Shown: positions 35,771-48,809 of the stretch, piece after piece
Numbering within the stretch: the first letter of the stretch is position 1
How the letters are laid out: each line of letters opens with the position of its first letter
From: Amphiscolops sp. MND2022
Taxonomy: Eukaryota
Assembly (NCBI GenBank): GCA_964187785.1
Contig: OZ076409.1
Location: 9,054,001 to 9,118,000, forward strand
Length of the DNA: 64,000 bases
Reading direction: 5' to 3'
The notes under the pieces: generated by a model
What the model saw: only the letters and a program-made list of their open reading frames with translations
What the model was told of the DNA's origin: nothing
The model's database searches: none
Program-made: the position numbers and the translations under genes

Positions 35771-38700
35771 TCAACAAAATTCTGTAGTAATTCTGAAGTC
35801 AGGATTAGTATTAGGCCTCGGATTAGGTCGTAAATTGTATGTTCTCGTTTTTCTAGAATTATTACCGACAACAAAAGGCGGTAGTTCAGGTTTTTTGGGA
35901 AGGCTCTCCATAGTGGGTGGCGACAGGATGTAAGGATTGTCACTGACATCTAGATTGAACGACGTGTTACTAAGGGAGGATGTTTTATCCTTTTTCAGAA
36001 ATTTCATTTGCAGTTGTTCTAATTGCGTCATTTTCCGCTGTAACAACGTCTTCTGCTGTCATTAGGTGATTTCTGTAATTGTGGCTTCCTCGGGTAGGTT
36101 TTCTGTTGTTTTTCCGAACAGAACTTTTTCAAGTTCGGTTACCCAAGCTTGCGCGTACCAATCGTCATGGATTGTTTTAACCTCTGTGTCTGGAAGGTAA
36201 TCTTCCTCTTCGACTGTTACGTCAGGTACTGCTTGATTGGGCGCACATAGCCATAAGCGAATTCTATGGAGGGTTTGGGTGTGTCTTGTGTCCGTTCTTC
36301 TGACAGCGTAATTGTTGTTCGATAGTACCCTAACGACTATGTGGGACCGGTTCAAATGCAGTCTTTGAATGCAACTTTCATTGACTGATTATCTGCTTTC
36401 GGATTGAGGACGTAACAGTAGTCATTAACTTTGAGAGATGTGGCGGTCGCGTTTTTGTCGTTTTGTCTTTTGTACTTGAGGTAGGACTGCATCAAATTGT
36501 CTTTGGCGGATTGATGTATTTCAGCTATTTGTTTTTGTAATTCGTCCGCTAGGTCTCCGTTGGTAGCTTTCTTCCACTCTGGTTGGAGTCCAAACTTGAT
36601 GTCCAAGATATTATACGGGAAGCGTCAGTGGAGCACAGTGGTTGGTTCACATCCTAAGCTCTCATGATAGCTTGTGTTGTGGTTCATGACTGCTATCTGT
36701 ACATGTTTGTGTCACATCGACCGTCGTTCTCCCGTTGATATTTTCAATGAGGTTTTCGAAGATGCGTGTGTTTTTTCTAGGATGCAAATCGTTTGGTTGT
36801 CGCGTGGCTTATTCGTACGTCAAGTGTCTGTGCTATCTGGTTGACCACTTCTGATCTGACAGGTGATCTTTTATCGGTTAGTAACTGTTTAATGAATCAT
36901 CTTTGTTATTCCGGGATGTGTGTTTGTTTTTCCGTGGAGTGTTGATAACAGTTCTGGGACTATATGTTTCGGTATTATTATCTGGTGATGGGTGACAGTC
37001 CTATATTCTCCATAGTAGTTTCACATGAGTACACCATCTTTCATGATGATTCTTTCTTTCCTTAATTCCTAATAGAATTTTTCCTCGTGATTCAGTTTTA
37101 AGCAAGTGTTTGTCGTATTCTTCGTGGAGTATTAGTAATTTTAGCGCTTTGAGGAGGGGGTCTGCATCTTGTTCGTTCCTGATGTGCGCGTTTTCTTCAA
37201 TTGCTCCGAACGTATAGACTGCGGAGTTAAGTGGTATTTTGATCACTTCGGTTACTTTGGTTGAAAGTTCCTTTTCGTGTTCGTCTAGGGCACATTGTTT
37301 GCTAAGTACTTTTCTGGCAACAATTTCTTGCTTCTATTCTTCCTTTTCGTCTGGTACGAAGAAAAGTGCTTCTTCGTCTGCGACATCCGTCGATTGAAAA
37401 TTGACTTATATTGGCGACATTAGTACATCGTCTCGTATTTTCGGTTGAACTTTTTCTTTTGGGGTAAAATCGAGTACAAGAAATCTGCTGATTTTTGGTA
37501 GTCTGCTACGTGCATGATGTGAACTTGAATTGTAGGAGTAGTCGCAGGCATTCCACAGGGCGAGTGGTGTGGTCTTTGTTTGGAAGAATCTTCTGACCGA
37601 TCTGTCAGTACTAGGGACAGTACGAACGTATCCCATAGTATGTGACTATATTCCAGGAAAGCTTGGTATATAGCCAAAAACTTCCTGCAATATATTGACA
37701 TTTTCAGTAGGGCTGTGAGAACACGAGGGATCGAAACGCTACTGGTGGGAAAGCTTTTTTTGACAGGAGTTTCCGTTCATCGTTTTCCTATATCATGAGT
37801 GCATAACCTGATGCAAGGATGTTCGCTTCCGTCATGAGGACGATTTGTTGTCCAGCTTCGGGCTGTCGGAGGGCTAATCCACAGGCTTCCGCTAGGCTGG
37901 CGTTAATTTCTCTGAAGTTGTCGAATAGTTTTTTTGAGATGGTGATATTGGTATCAACTTTTAGAAGTTCATACATACCGATTAGTTTTTCTGACAGTCG
38001 CGGTATGTAGTTTCTGTAGTAGTCCACAAAGCCGATGTTTTTTGTACTTGTTTTTTTGATTTTGAGAATCGGAGTTGAATAGGAAAGTTTTGACTTTCTA
38101 TTTTTGCAGTGCCACTCCGTCGGGGGTGATGGTTCTGTCAAAGAATTCAATTTGGGGTACTCCAAAATGGCATTTTTTTATTGTCAGATTCAGACCGGCT
38201 GATACACTTGAAGACTGCTCTGATGTTTTTGATTAGTTGCTCCGTAATATTCGCGGCTATCCCAATGTCGTCGAGGAACTGTGCGTGCTGATCTGCTTTG
38301 ATGGCTGTGTCCAGATACTCACGCATGAAGCTCGAGAAGCCAGACAGAGCCCTGCTGCGTCATTGGGCCAGGCGACGGTAGGCAAACGTCCTACTAGCAA
38401 AACAAAAAGCAAGTAGTTCTACTGACCTTTGATCTGTCATCTGAAGGCAGTGATAGGCTTGCGAGCAGTCGAGCTTACGATTTAGCTTTATCCCAGCTAG
38501 GTGTTGTGCGGCATCTGAGAATGTGCTGATAGGATGGTTGTTGTTGATATAGTCATCTGCAATGAGTGCGTTGATTTTCCGCAGATCCACCAATAATCTC
38601 AGCCTGCCGTTTAGTTTCCGTTGTGCTAAGATGGGGCTGGTCTATTTGGGGAAAGGCAGCGTCGTGATGATTCCGTATTGGTGCATAATGTCCAGTTCTA

Positions 38701-41700
38701 CCGTCAGATCTTCTTTGAGAATGATCGGGACTGGTAGGCTCTGAGTGCAGACTTGCTTGTCATCTTTTGGTGTCGGCTGACTTTGAATTGCGTGTTCATG
38801 CCGATGTCTAGTCTATGTTGAGCGAAGATGTCATTGAATTGTGGCTTCTAAGCTTTCACGGTCCCTTCCCGTAATTAGTGAACCGGTCCATTTGAACGTT
38901 GAAAGGAACTGGGTTCGGGATTCTTCGCTTTCTGTTGGGTCACGTTTTTCGAGGTCGGCTAGCTCTCGTAGTTCTTTAAGGATTCGCTTTTGTATGGGCG
39001 AATGTTCATTCCCAGGGTTTTCCAGGTTTGGGAACTAAAATTTTTTTCATTGTCGTCAGGGCGTTCGACTTGTATTAGTGCGTTGATGTACGTGACAGCA
39101 TCGTCACGGTCTGTTAGCAGGTTCAGTGCTGCTATGTCTACCGAACGGATCAACTCCGTTTCCTCGGCCTTCAAGATTTGCAATTCGGCTTATTTAGTAT
39201 TTGGGGTTATTGTTTAAGGGAACTCCGTGGTTTTTCCTATTTTGATGGCTACTCTCTTGTCTCTGGCAGTTGATATCGTTGGGGCGACAATAAGTATCGC
39301 ATTCTCGTCAAACTGTGGTAGCGATTGTATTTTCCCAGTTATTGGGTGACCGTTACTCACAGGTATTGACGCGTCCATGACACGGGTGGATTGCGCAGAT
39401 AGAGTGTGTTTGCTCCCTGTTTTGATGGTGATCGGTTTTGGATTACATTTCTGCGTTTCCTCTGTGAGTGCCATCGTGATTCGTATTTTTGGGAAGCCGG
39501 ATATTCCTTGGGATGTCTAGTATGGTGGCGTGTTTCCACAGGAACGCCAATCCGATTATGGGAAACGACTTCTGGGTCATTATAAAAAAAGTTTCCTCAA
39601 ATGTGTAATCTCCAGTTTTGAATCGCATCGTGTACGTTGCGAGAGGTTGCTCTAATTCTGCGTTAGCGCATTGCACTTTGAAAAGGGGACGAGGCGCTTC
39701 ATTGATGATGCGCTGGGTTGCTTCATGCCTGATTATTTCTACATTTTTTCATTTATGGCATTTATTTACGCACCTGAGTCTACTAACACGTTTACTTTAA
39801 AGCTGCTGAAATCAATAGATAGGAAGAGCATTCGCTTCTTCTTTTTGAGGGCAATTGCGGACATAAACGGAATGTAGTCGTCATCTTTGTCGTGTTGGAT
39901 GAGTTCTTTGATGAGGTCGAGGTCTTGGGGTGATGGTGCTGGACAATCCGTTGTGCCTTCGTTGTTGGTGAGGAGTTGCGTAACAATTGCAGTTTGTGGT
40001 GGCGGAGCAGAAAAAATGTCTGCAATACGTTCCTTTTGCCTTGGTGACCAAAGTGTTTTGTCTTCAATGCATATGATGCCGTCTGCGTTTATCGTGGTGG
40101 TTTACAGCTTCGGGTATTAAAGGGATGGGTGGAGTTTTCTCGTCGGGTGAAGAGGTTTCGGCGGGTTTGGTACGTGTATGTTGAAAGAAAGGGTGTTGGT
40201 GTCGTAGATTTCTGGTTCATCCCAAGGAACACAACAGTAGTCCATGTCGTAGACGAAATTCGATCGGTTTTCGCTTTGGGCAGAGGATGTTTTAATGTGG
40301 CGTAGATATCTGGAGATTCCGTGATCCATTCATTCGGGAAGTGGTTTTGGGTTTTCTGGGTGTCTGATGTTGTTGCGGAGAATCATTCCGACTTTCAAAC
40401 TTGTTCGCCAATCCTGAGTGGGCTCTTCGTTGCACTCCGTCATGAAAGTTTTTTTTTCAAATCTATTTGGGGGGTGTTCTATGGTGTACGCCCTCGCGTC
40501 TACTTTTTCCCCGGGATCTAGGTGCGGCGATTTTTGATTTTTTTGCTGAGTTGCCGCGTTGGGTAGTGGGTGTTCGCTGATTTTATTGGATGAAATTGCG
40601 AACTTTCTTGTTTTCTTTCTGGGGTCGTTTGCCGCGTTTGCTCCGTACCTGCAGTTTTCGGTCTTGTACATTTTATTCGCAAGTTTCACATTTAGGTTTT
40701 TGGGTGTCTGCAGCATGTGTTTCGTTAGTTTTTGCCCTAATTCCGTAGTTTCTATTTGTCTTGAGTTTGCGGCATTGTGCTTCATAGTATACTTAGCGTC
40801 CGCAATGGAAACAATGCCCTCTTTGGTTTTGGTGCTGTTTTTGTTCCGAAGGGTTTACGTCGACGGCATTCAATGGAACTAACGTGGTTTCATCAGGAGC
40901 GCCCAGGCCGTTGAGACGGATGTCTCTTTCGAGCTGGAGGACCTTGTTGTTGTAGGGTTTGACTTCTAGTAGGCACGATTTAGTATTTTCTTGACATGGT
41001 TCGGCATTTTTGCATAAATTGCAGTATCTTTAAACTTTTCCGCCTCTGGACCGAACGCTTCTCGTGCACTTTTTTGTAGTGCATCCAAAATTTCATGAAA
41101 TTCTGTTCTGTTGGGCCAAAATGGAGGGCGTTCCATACACAGCGTGCCTTGGCTGAAGATTGAAAATCTCCAAAGCGACGTCGAAACACCGCCAGGATTT
41201 CTTCTAGGTTTTTTTGTGTCCTCAATATTATAAGACGCTTGTAGTGCATTTACTTTCAAGAGCGAGTAGAAATAACTGATTTGTTGTTTTTCCGTGGGGT
41301 GTGGGTACATTTTTATGTTGTTTCTAAAAAGGTCTTCGAAACGTTCGAGTGAGCGCTTTCGGCATTGGGAGTAAGTTAGGTGGCTGGAATGTTTGTGGAT
41401 GGGGCGCGAACAGTAATCATGATTAACTCATTAATGATCATTAATGTATATGGAACAGTCATGCATTCTGACTGTTATAAGAAATGTTGAGGATGCATTT
41501 TAGGATTTTAGGTGAATTCTACTTTCTTTCACAAATGAAAAAGAGCCATTTTTAAGATGCATGTTGAATCAACCTGGTGCGTCTGCATGTAAACCGTTTG
41601 AACCCTGGATTGAAAGTCACCCAGGATTGTTTTGTTATTATATTCCAAATGTTGTTACCATTTTTTCTTTCTACATTCGAGGAGTTATCGCCGCCACCAA

Positions 41701-43127
41701 CTATTCCTTTTGTGACATCATCTTCAGAGGGTTCTTCTCGAATATGAATAGAGCCAGATAGGATGTCTACTTTCGAAGAGAAGTTTTCCATTTGCCTCAA
41801 GTCTTCCTGTGTACCGAGCTCTGTATCTTTAGGACTTTTAAATTTTCAGTTTTCAATTTTACTATTGATTCCTTCGAAATCCATCTTCGAATGGGCACAG
41901 TTTTCATCTCCTCAATTGCCCACTATTTCGGTATCATCTCCAGAAGTCACTGGAGGACCTCTCCTCAACTTTTTCTTCTGATTCTTCCCAGGCATAACTT
42001 AGGAAACGTTTACTAATTGAATTGTTTTGCTATTTCAAATTGTTTCTTTATTGCTGGGTTCTGACCAACTGAGTCGAATAATTGAATGGAATGGGGGTTG
42101 CGACATCAAACTAAATTTCAGTAGGGGATCGACCTACGTCACTTTCGGTGCTAATAGCCCTGGTATGGGAGTCTCGGCTCGGTTCCGTTTTTATAAGCGA
42201 GTAGCATGACAGCTCAGATATACGTGCGCCAAATGTCAGGTCTCCACAATTAGTAGTCTTTGAGAAAAACCGCTTGGGGGTTTAAAGATTTGTCACACTT
42301 GGGATTCCAATGTACTATCTTCAAGTGCACTTCCTTAAATTAGAGTATTTTCGCTCAAAAATGAAACTTTGGGTAAATGAAAAAAGAGTAAAAGCCGCTG
42401 TAAGGGATCAATTCTGTTCTGACTGTTCAAACAATTACATTGCTGACGTCAATTCTAATTTATCTTTAAGTGGGGAAAAATATCATCTACTAAGTGAACA
42501 CCAAATTTGCCAAATAAGCATTACCGAAAGACGCTACAGTCACCCCTTTCAGGTCTTTTTACTAAATCGACTGTCTAGAAACGTGATAAACTCAGTTCTA
42601 TCTTTCGTCTGATCTCCTCGCAAAAAATTCTCCACACTTCGCAATAGAGTCAACAGATCTTTCTGAAATGAACACGGGAAAACATGTTTGGACTAAGAGA
42701 GAGTGTGTTGAAAGAGGAAGTCAGCTAGGAGAAGTTATGTAAAGAATGAACAATCGATTCCAAAACAAACTTCAAGAAATTAGGAAAAACATTACTTTTT
42801 CAGCTAAAACAACAAACACAGGTGAAGAACAAGAAGAAGTGTCACTTTCGAAACCATCAGCCTAAAGAAATGTCCAGTCCGAGATAGAAAAAGCATCTAC
42901 TAAAGAAATCAGAAACGAAAACCTGATACTCTGTTCAGGTTCTCAGCAATGGTGGAACTGCATCAGCCTGCAAATCATGTCTTCACTACAGAAGTACATT
43001 TAGATGATATAATGACAAGGGGGCGTAGTGGCACTTCGATTTTTCCCTACACTGTTACATCAGAACCTTTCTGAGGCAGCGCATTTCATGGTAGAGGAAA
43101 GACTGTTTGTCAACTGTTAGTATCACA
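35771..43127 (-). mobile_element. Degenerate Ty3/Gypsy related to the 4162-19317 element; 3' LTR missing, 5' LTR start uncertain
   Basis: LTR end ...CCTGACA at 42234, followed by PBS-like TTTGGCGCACG. Gag ATG at 41995 (MPGKNQKKK). PR LVDSGA (~39770-39790). RT VDLRKINALIADDYINNNHP..RRLAQ and QFLDDI. RH MTEAN..GYALMI. IN tail YNLRPNPRPN. Confidence 0.88.
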
Positions 43128-43369
43128 AAAACTCAGTATTTTGATTTTTTTCCAACAAAATGCTCGAAACGTCACAGTGTGCCCTTAACGAAACGGTGTG
43201 ACCCTTCATGCTCGAAAAACGCGTTTTGTAAAGTGAAAACATCAAAAATTGAAGCGAAGAACCTTCAGTGAAAAAAAATCCTAAAAAGTCGAAAAAACAG
43301 TTGGTGTATTCCACAATTGTTAAGAAAACTCTCATCGGTGGCCTATATGTTTGATCCTGTACATTTGAA

Positions 43370-43470
43370 AGCATGAAACATTTTCGTCTACCACGGGATT
43401 CGAACCCACCTACACACAAGAACTCACTCACAACGTAAAGAAAGTAATGTAACCCCAGGGCTGGCATATA
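43370..43470 (-). repeat. tRNA-derived SINE-like head
   Basis: B box GGGTTCGAATCCC on the minus strand at ~43395-43407. No convincing cloverleaf. Confidence 0.35.
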
Positions 43471-43860
43471 AACTGAATTATAGAAGTTATGGTAGAATCT
43501 GGTTGAGAAGAAAAAATCCTGGCTTAAACTAAGGTTTTTCTGTTCCAAAGAAAACTATTAATTTTATTAAACGAAGTTCTGGCAGAGACGAAAGATCACA
43601 TTCGTGAAAAACTACTTTCTCCAGCTACGATCACTGGAAATAGTTTTGCTCTTTCAAAAATAGGTTATGCAGCTTTTCTTTAATATTTTCCCATCCAGCT
43701 TGAAATAAATATGTAGGTCAAAATAATAACTTTTCAAAATAGAAACAAACATTCAATCCTTTGAAATTTTAGAAGAAAGTTTTTATCAGTAATTTTCAAG
43801 CATTTGTAATACTGAGTCTTTTAAAAAACACTTACTTAAAGAAGTGTTTACAGCTAAAAA

Positions 43861-44390
43861 TCATATTTCTAGACTGTCCAAAAAAGCCAGTCTTGATTTA
43901 AAATCCAGATCATGCAACCCCAGATCTTCCTCAACTGTAAGTGGGTCCCCTTTCCTCCGGGCTACTTCCTGGTACCCTGGTTCATCCAACACTTGCCTGG
44001 ATTTCTTGGTATTTGTATGATGAAGACCCCACAATCGGTGATCGATCAACCAGGTTCTTCTGAAACACTCATAGGCTTCATCCACCTTCTCGAAAATCTC
44101 CAGATCCACTCCCAAGTTGTGATAGATTCTGGACATGAGGCTGGAAAACTCTCCGTAAGTGCTGAGACACAGTTTCCGGGCTTCTAGAAGAAGACGCATC
44201 TGTTCTCTGCGGTTTTTGCTGGACATTGCATACAGAATGAGACCCTGGGTCATCAATGCTTCAGCTCGAAGACCAGAAGCTTCAGACCCCATTTCGTCAC
44301 AGAGCTCCAGCGCTTTCTTTATAGCGTCAATTCCTTCCTGACCTTTTTTCTTCCTCCACGACCTTAAACATGCAAGGAAGTCACACCGTT
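43861..44390 (-). CDS. Probable terminal exon with TPR-like repeats (kinesin-light-chain/TPR_12 style); 5' boundary unresolved
   Basis: Open frame ERCDFLAC..GIDAIKKALELCDEMG..SRIYHNLGVDLE...DEAYECFRRTWLIDHRLWGLHHTNT to a stop at 43861. Strong acceptor gtttttcag at 44391. Confidence 0.7.
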
Positions 44391-44603
44391 CTGAAAAACT
44401 TCATTTCAGTACCCTATGTGTCCTCTGAGCAATTTTGTACGCTGAAAATGAAGTACTGAGTAACTTGAAACTATCGAATTTTCTGGATTTGTAATACCAA
44501 GTCTTTCTTCATTATGACATAGCCCTACTAATTGCATTGCAAAACCTTATTGTTTTCAAGAACCATACCAATGTTTTTCACGAATCAGTTTCATCAAAGC
44601 CAA

Positions 44604-45005
44604 ACAAGACGGGAACGTTGGCTAAAGTTGGAGCTATATCTAAGGCTCAAAAAGTGCAAAGTTTTCAAAATTGTAAAACGGAGAACCCTTTGGGCTTTTT
44701 GGGCCAGTTTGTTGCAAAATATAAAAAAAAACTCCTGAGAGGCATCCCTTTGGAGAAAACAATTTCGAAAAAAGTTGCACAGTGCCGAACAATATCAAAA
44801 GGACCATATAGTCTCGTCCGGTTTTGTATCTTACGTTAAAAATGGAGTAAATGAAAGGGGGCCGGCCCTTTGCACTGACTTAGATTCGTTTCCGGTTGCC
44901 TAGTAAAACGTGTCCACTACGCATACATTCTGTAGTCTAACCAAAAAAAGTATTCACTGTAATCGTCGGGCTTTCTTTCTTAAAAGAAAAGTCGCCGAAT
45001 AAAAT
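44604..45005 (-). repeat. HINE-like repeat in the intron of the TIR-RING-SAM-TPR gene
   Basis: aacaagacgggaacg..gctatatctaaggctcaaaa through to the cgtcgggc..gtcgccga hairpin. Confidence 0.65.
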
Positions 45006-45023
45006 GAGCATAACTCAACTAAC

Positions 45024-46227
45024 GTGTCGTTTTCGCACATGCTCTGAACAGCAAAGCATTTGATGATGTATAGTTTACATAGCTTTGGTTTCTCCAGATA
45101 CTTTGACCCGTTTTTGATGATTTCGTCACAGATTCCGGACAAATGGTTCCAACTAGCTGCATTTGCTTTGTTGATGAACATCACTTGCTTCAACTTGCGC
45201 TGAACAATGTAAGCTAGCATAACTTTTGTGTTGTAAGACCTAGCGTTGTCTTTCTCGAAACTTAGCGAAGCTATTGCAAAAGTTTCTGCGTCAGCAAAAT
45301 TGCCGGCATCACAAAGCACCATGGAAATCTTGCTGAGTTGCCTCGCTTTTATGTCGAAACTTTGTTTCGTATCATTTTGAAGAGTATCTCCCAACTTTTT
45401 GATAAGTTTTGTGACATCATTCAAACGGGTCTCATTGAGAGACGCCCAAAATTTGATAGAATCGGCAGGTGTGGTGCCGGTTGTCAAACTTCGTTCATCG
45501 TAGATGTCCTCTATCATTTGAAACTCGCCAACACTTGCTTCGGGTGTACTTATAGGTGCAGCTGAAACAGCGTCTTGTTGTTTTTTATGATCAGAGATGC
45601 TTTTGAGAACCCGTTTCCGGTGCCCGGTTTTCAAACCCATGCCTTTCAGATCCTCGTCGGTTAGCTCCAAAACCAGATCCAATGATTCGAAGCCTTCTTC
45701 AATTACTGCATCTTGGATGTCTTGAGGAATGTTGTACTTCTGAAACCAGTCCATCAACTCCTGGCTCGTTTTTTCGCTTTGACCTTGGTCCATGGGTGAG
45801 GAACCACTGGTACTTTGGGCAGACCCAGATGAACCCTGATCAGAGCTTCTACTTTTGGAAGCTTTTTCATTCAACTCCACCAATTGATTTATCTTGAAAT
45901 CGGTTTTCAAGTCCGAAGCTGATTCGGCACAAGGTATTCGGCATTTTGGACACGTGAACTCTTGCTGATTTCGATTGTTCTCTTTTTCCCAATCGATCAG
46001 GCAGTGCAGACAAAATGTGTGGTTACATGGCATAAGTCGAGGCTCCTTGAAGATTTCTTGACAGATTTCACATGTGGTGAAAGACCGTAAATTCGCAAGA
46101 GTGCTCAAATTATCTTGGCCTTTTTCCGCAACATCCAGTTTTTCGTTTGTCTTCTCTTCAGTTATGGATAGATATGATAATCTTGATAAAACTTTCTTAC
46201 ACGTATCTTCAAGTTCTTCTTTCGTGC
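45024..46227 (-). CDS. Internal exon: C3HC4 RING finger, SAM domain and helical/TPR-like region
   Basis: RING CEIC..PCNHTFCLHC..CPKC (~45940-46072). SAM LELTDEDLKGMGLKTGHRKRVLKSI (~45595-45670). Acceptor ttctattcttttcag (phase 1) at 46228 and donor GTTAGT at 45023. The 1.2-kb frame is intact amid decayed TEs. Confidence 0.88.
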
Positions 46228-46292
46228 CTGAAAAGAATAGAAATTGTTGCGGCGCAAGACAAGTAAGATGAACTTAAAGTAACAAATAATTA

Positions 46293-46363
46293 GACGATAT
46301 GGCAGAATGGTAAAAGAGTAGACTTTGAAGCCATTGATCGTAGGTTCGATTCCCGGGACCGGC
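46293..46363 (+). repeat. tRNA-Gln(TTG)-like pseudogene or SINE head
   Basis: A box TGGCAGAATGG (46300), ctTTGaa loop and B box GGTTCGATTCC (46343). The acceptor stem is poorly paired and T-runs lie downstream. Confidence 0.5.
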
Positions 46364-46494
46364 AAGTATTTGGGAAAAATTTTTGTTTTTTTCAAAATAT
46401 CTCTGATTTTTGCAAAAATAACCTTGAGAAAATGCGTAAAAAGGTCATGCTAGCTTTTGTTTGTCAGTGTTTATTGCTGTTTGAGGCTCTTTTA

Positions 46495-46857
46495 TGTTCC
46501 CCCCCCCCCCCACCACCAAAATTTTGGCAGTAAATTTTCTTAAAAACTTTAGACTAGCTTAATTAGAAGTAAAACCTTCTTTCCTAATGGGAAGTTAACG
46601 TCTATTGTTCACGCTTTTCGACTATAATTATGTTCGTATTAAGTGTTTATTGATGACTCAAAACAGGAAGCTGTTGATTTCTTCATCCAAAATGCGTGAC
46701 TACATATTGAAAAAGTGTGAAAAAAGTTTGTATCTGAATCCTAAACTGTCACACTAAAAATAAATGTAAATTTGAAGCTTTCTGGATTGTATTCAAGTCT
46801 TTTTGTTATACTGTTTTCACTTATTTTCCAGGAAAATTTTGGTGGTGGGGGGGAACA
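46495..46857. mobile_element. MITE with C-rich TIRs
   Basis: tgttcC(n)accaccaaaattt / aaattttggtggtG(n)aaca. Homologous copy at 58388-58853. Confidence 0.65.
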
Positions 46858-47713
46858 GAAAAATCCCTGTTTGATAATATTAGAATAATTATTGTTCATT
46901 TGTCTGCGAAATGCAAAAATTCTACAGTTATTCATACCCATTTTGCCTCGATTTGTCACTGTTTATGGCCGTATTTGAAAGCTGAAAGATATTATTCAAC
47001 TCCTTCTTTTCAAACGAAGTCTATAGAAACATTTGGCTTTTATAGAAATTATGCAATTATTGTAGTTAACTAGTGCCCAATCGTTATTGTTTTCAAAGTT
47101 TTGTTTTCTGAAGCCCTCCCTTGTTGAAACTGCTTGAACTTTTTGCATGTACTTTAATGTTGCCAGCAACTTTTATTATGATTTTCTAAAACTCTTACGG
47201 AAACTTTCATGCGAAAATTTGTCCCTGTTGTATTTAACTTTTATCAAGCTGCTTGAAAGATTCATCAAAATTTTGGCGGCAAGTTTAAGCCTTGATGTTT
47301 TGCAGGTTTCATTAAGCAGCAGTAATAATTTTGAAAGAAATAAGGCGCTATCAATTTTACCGCTAAATTAATGCAAAATAACTTCAGTCGCATAATAAAC
47401 TGCAAGTTAGCGTCATGTCTAGCGTGCTATTTGAGAAGCGGTGATCACATCAGATGAGTAGTTGAGAAAACAAAGTGTGAATACAAAGTGATCGTGTCGG
47501 TAATCTAGTGTAATTTATTTTCAAATTTAATTACAACAGTGGAAAATGCAGTGTAATTGTACATGATTTACCAAACGAAATTCACTGAATTTTCTAGGTT
47601 TTATAAAAAATTACCCTGCATGCATGCCTGCAGCATGTAAAAAGTTCCTAGGCGATAGCCAATACAAAGCCTAGAGATAAAAATTGAACCGCGGAGTTCA
47701 CGGAGAAGAAGGT

Positions 47714-48459
47714 TGTCGTGTTTCTCGCAGATCAAAACGCTTTTCTATAAAAGCTATTATTCACAAGGCTGCAAATATCAAAGCACATATCAAAGGGACA
47801 TCGACATCTAAAATAAAACATATGTCAATTACAGCAATATATGATAAAGGCATAAATCAGTATACACCACATCCCCCTTCCAAGAGTTCTCATCAATTGT
47901 CCCATCGGAGAGCGTGTAGTTTTTTGTGCTGGAACTCACGATGCGTCTTTTCCTGCGAGGTAAGTTGTTCGGAAGGGCAATAATACAGCATGGCTCACTA
48001 AGGAAGACTCAAAAGGGTCCGAGAGAACAATCCTAGCGAGTACTAGCCACATTGCTCCCTTTGCCTGTCCAACTACCGTTGCCTCTGATCTAGTGACGGC
48101 TAGATCAACTACAGATGGTACTACGACCACGGGAGTGGCGGAACAAACTTCGACATGCGTTACTAGTAGAGACTCGTCTTTGGTTGTAAAGTCTTCTACT
48201 ACTCCCGAGGTCCCGATTAGGAGGTCTGCACGAGTCAGGAAACCGAACCCAAGACTCAACGACTTCGTTTGCAAGTAACTATAAGAACTGTTGGAAGGGA
48301 ATGATGTGTGTACTGATTTATGCCTTTATTATTATTTACTGCATTTGACATATGTTCTATTTTAGATGTCGATGTCCCTTTGATATGTGCTTTGATATTT
48401 GCCGTCTTGTGGATAATAGCTTTCATAGAAAAGCGTTTTCATCTGCGAGAAACACGACA
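47714..48459. mobile_element. 746-bp element with ~180-bp inverted LTR-like arms and an integrase-like C-terminal tail
   Basis: TGTCGTG...CACGACA termini with perfect TSD aaggt (47709-47713 and 48460-48464). Arms at 47714-47893 and ~48281-48459. Internal PIRRSARVRKPNPRLNDFVCK*. Confidence 0.85.
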
Positions 48460-48809
48460 AAGGTGAATGCTGATGTTGTATCTACAGAACTAACGCTTAC
48501 GAATATAAAAGGCCAGATTGAATAAAGGATTCAATTTGTATCCTTTTTCAAAAAGCCGAGTTATTGACTAAAGCCTGAACGCTGGTTAAGTAACAACGCA
48601 ATTCTTGCAAGAATCTTGCAAAATCTGTGCATTTATTACATTCTTCGAAAGATCTTACAACTGAATTTATTCCTTGCAAGAATCCTAAAAAGAAATGTAA
48701 TCTTTGTAGGATATCTCAAGGAAACGTCTTACAGATAAACCAATCTTCAGTCTAACTGGCATAAAAGGAAAGTTCAAAAGAGTGTTCCCAAAGCACAGTT
48801 GAGTTAAAC

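Noticed and set aside
35128..35833. ORFs of 104-157 aa here and similar ones at 49794-51596
   Set aside because: Translations of the HINE-like repeat, with no coding signature.
41350..41760. Segment of different composition within the gag region of the minus-strand Gypsy
   Set aside because: May be an insertion, but no termini, TSD or motif could be identified.
44954..45023. C-terminal LVELCSFYSATFLLRKKARRLQ of the 384-aa ORF, and its TTG start at 46108
   Set aside because: The tail is read-through into intron/HINE sequence. The true exon is bounded by splice sites at 46227 and 45024.
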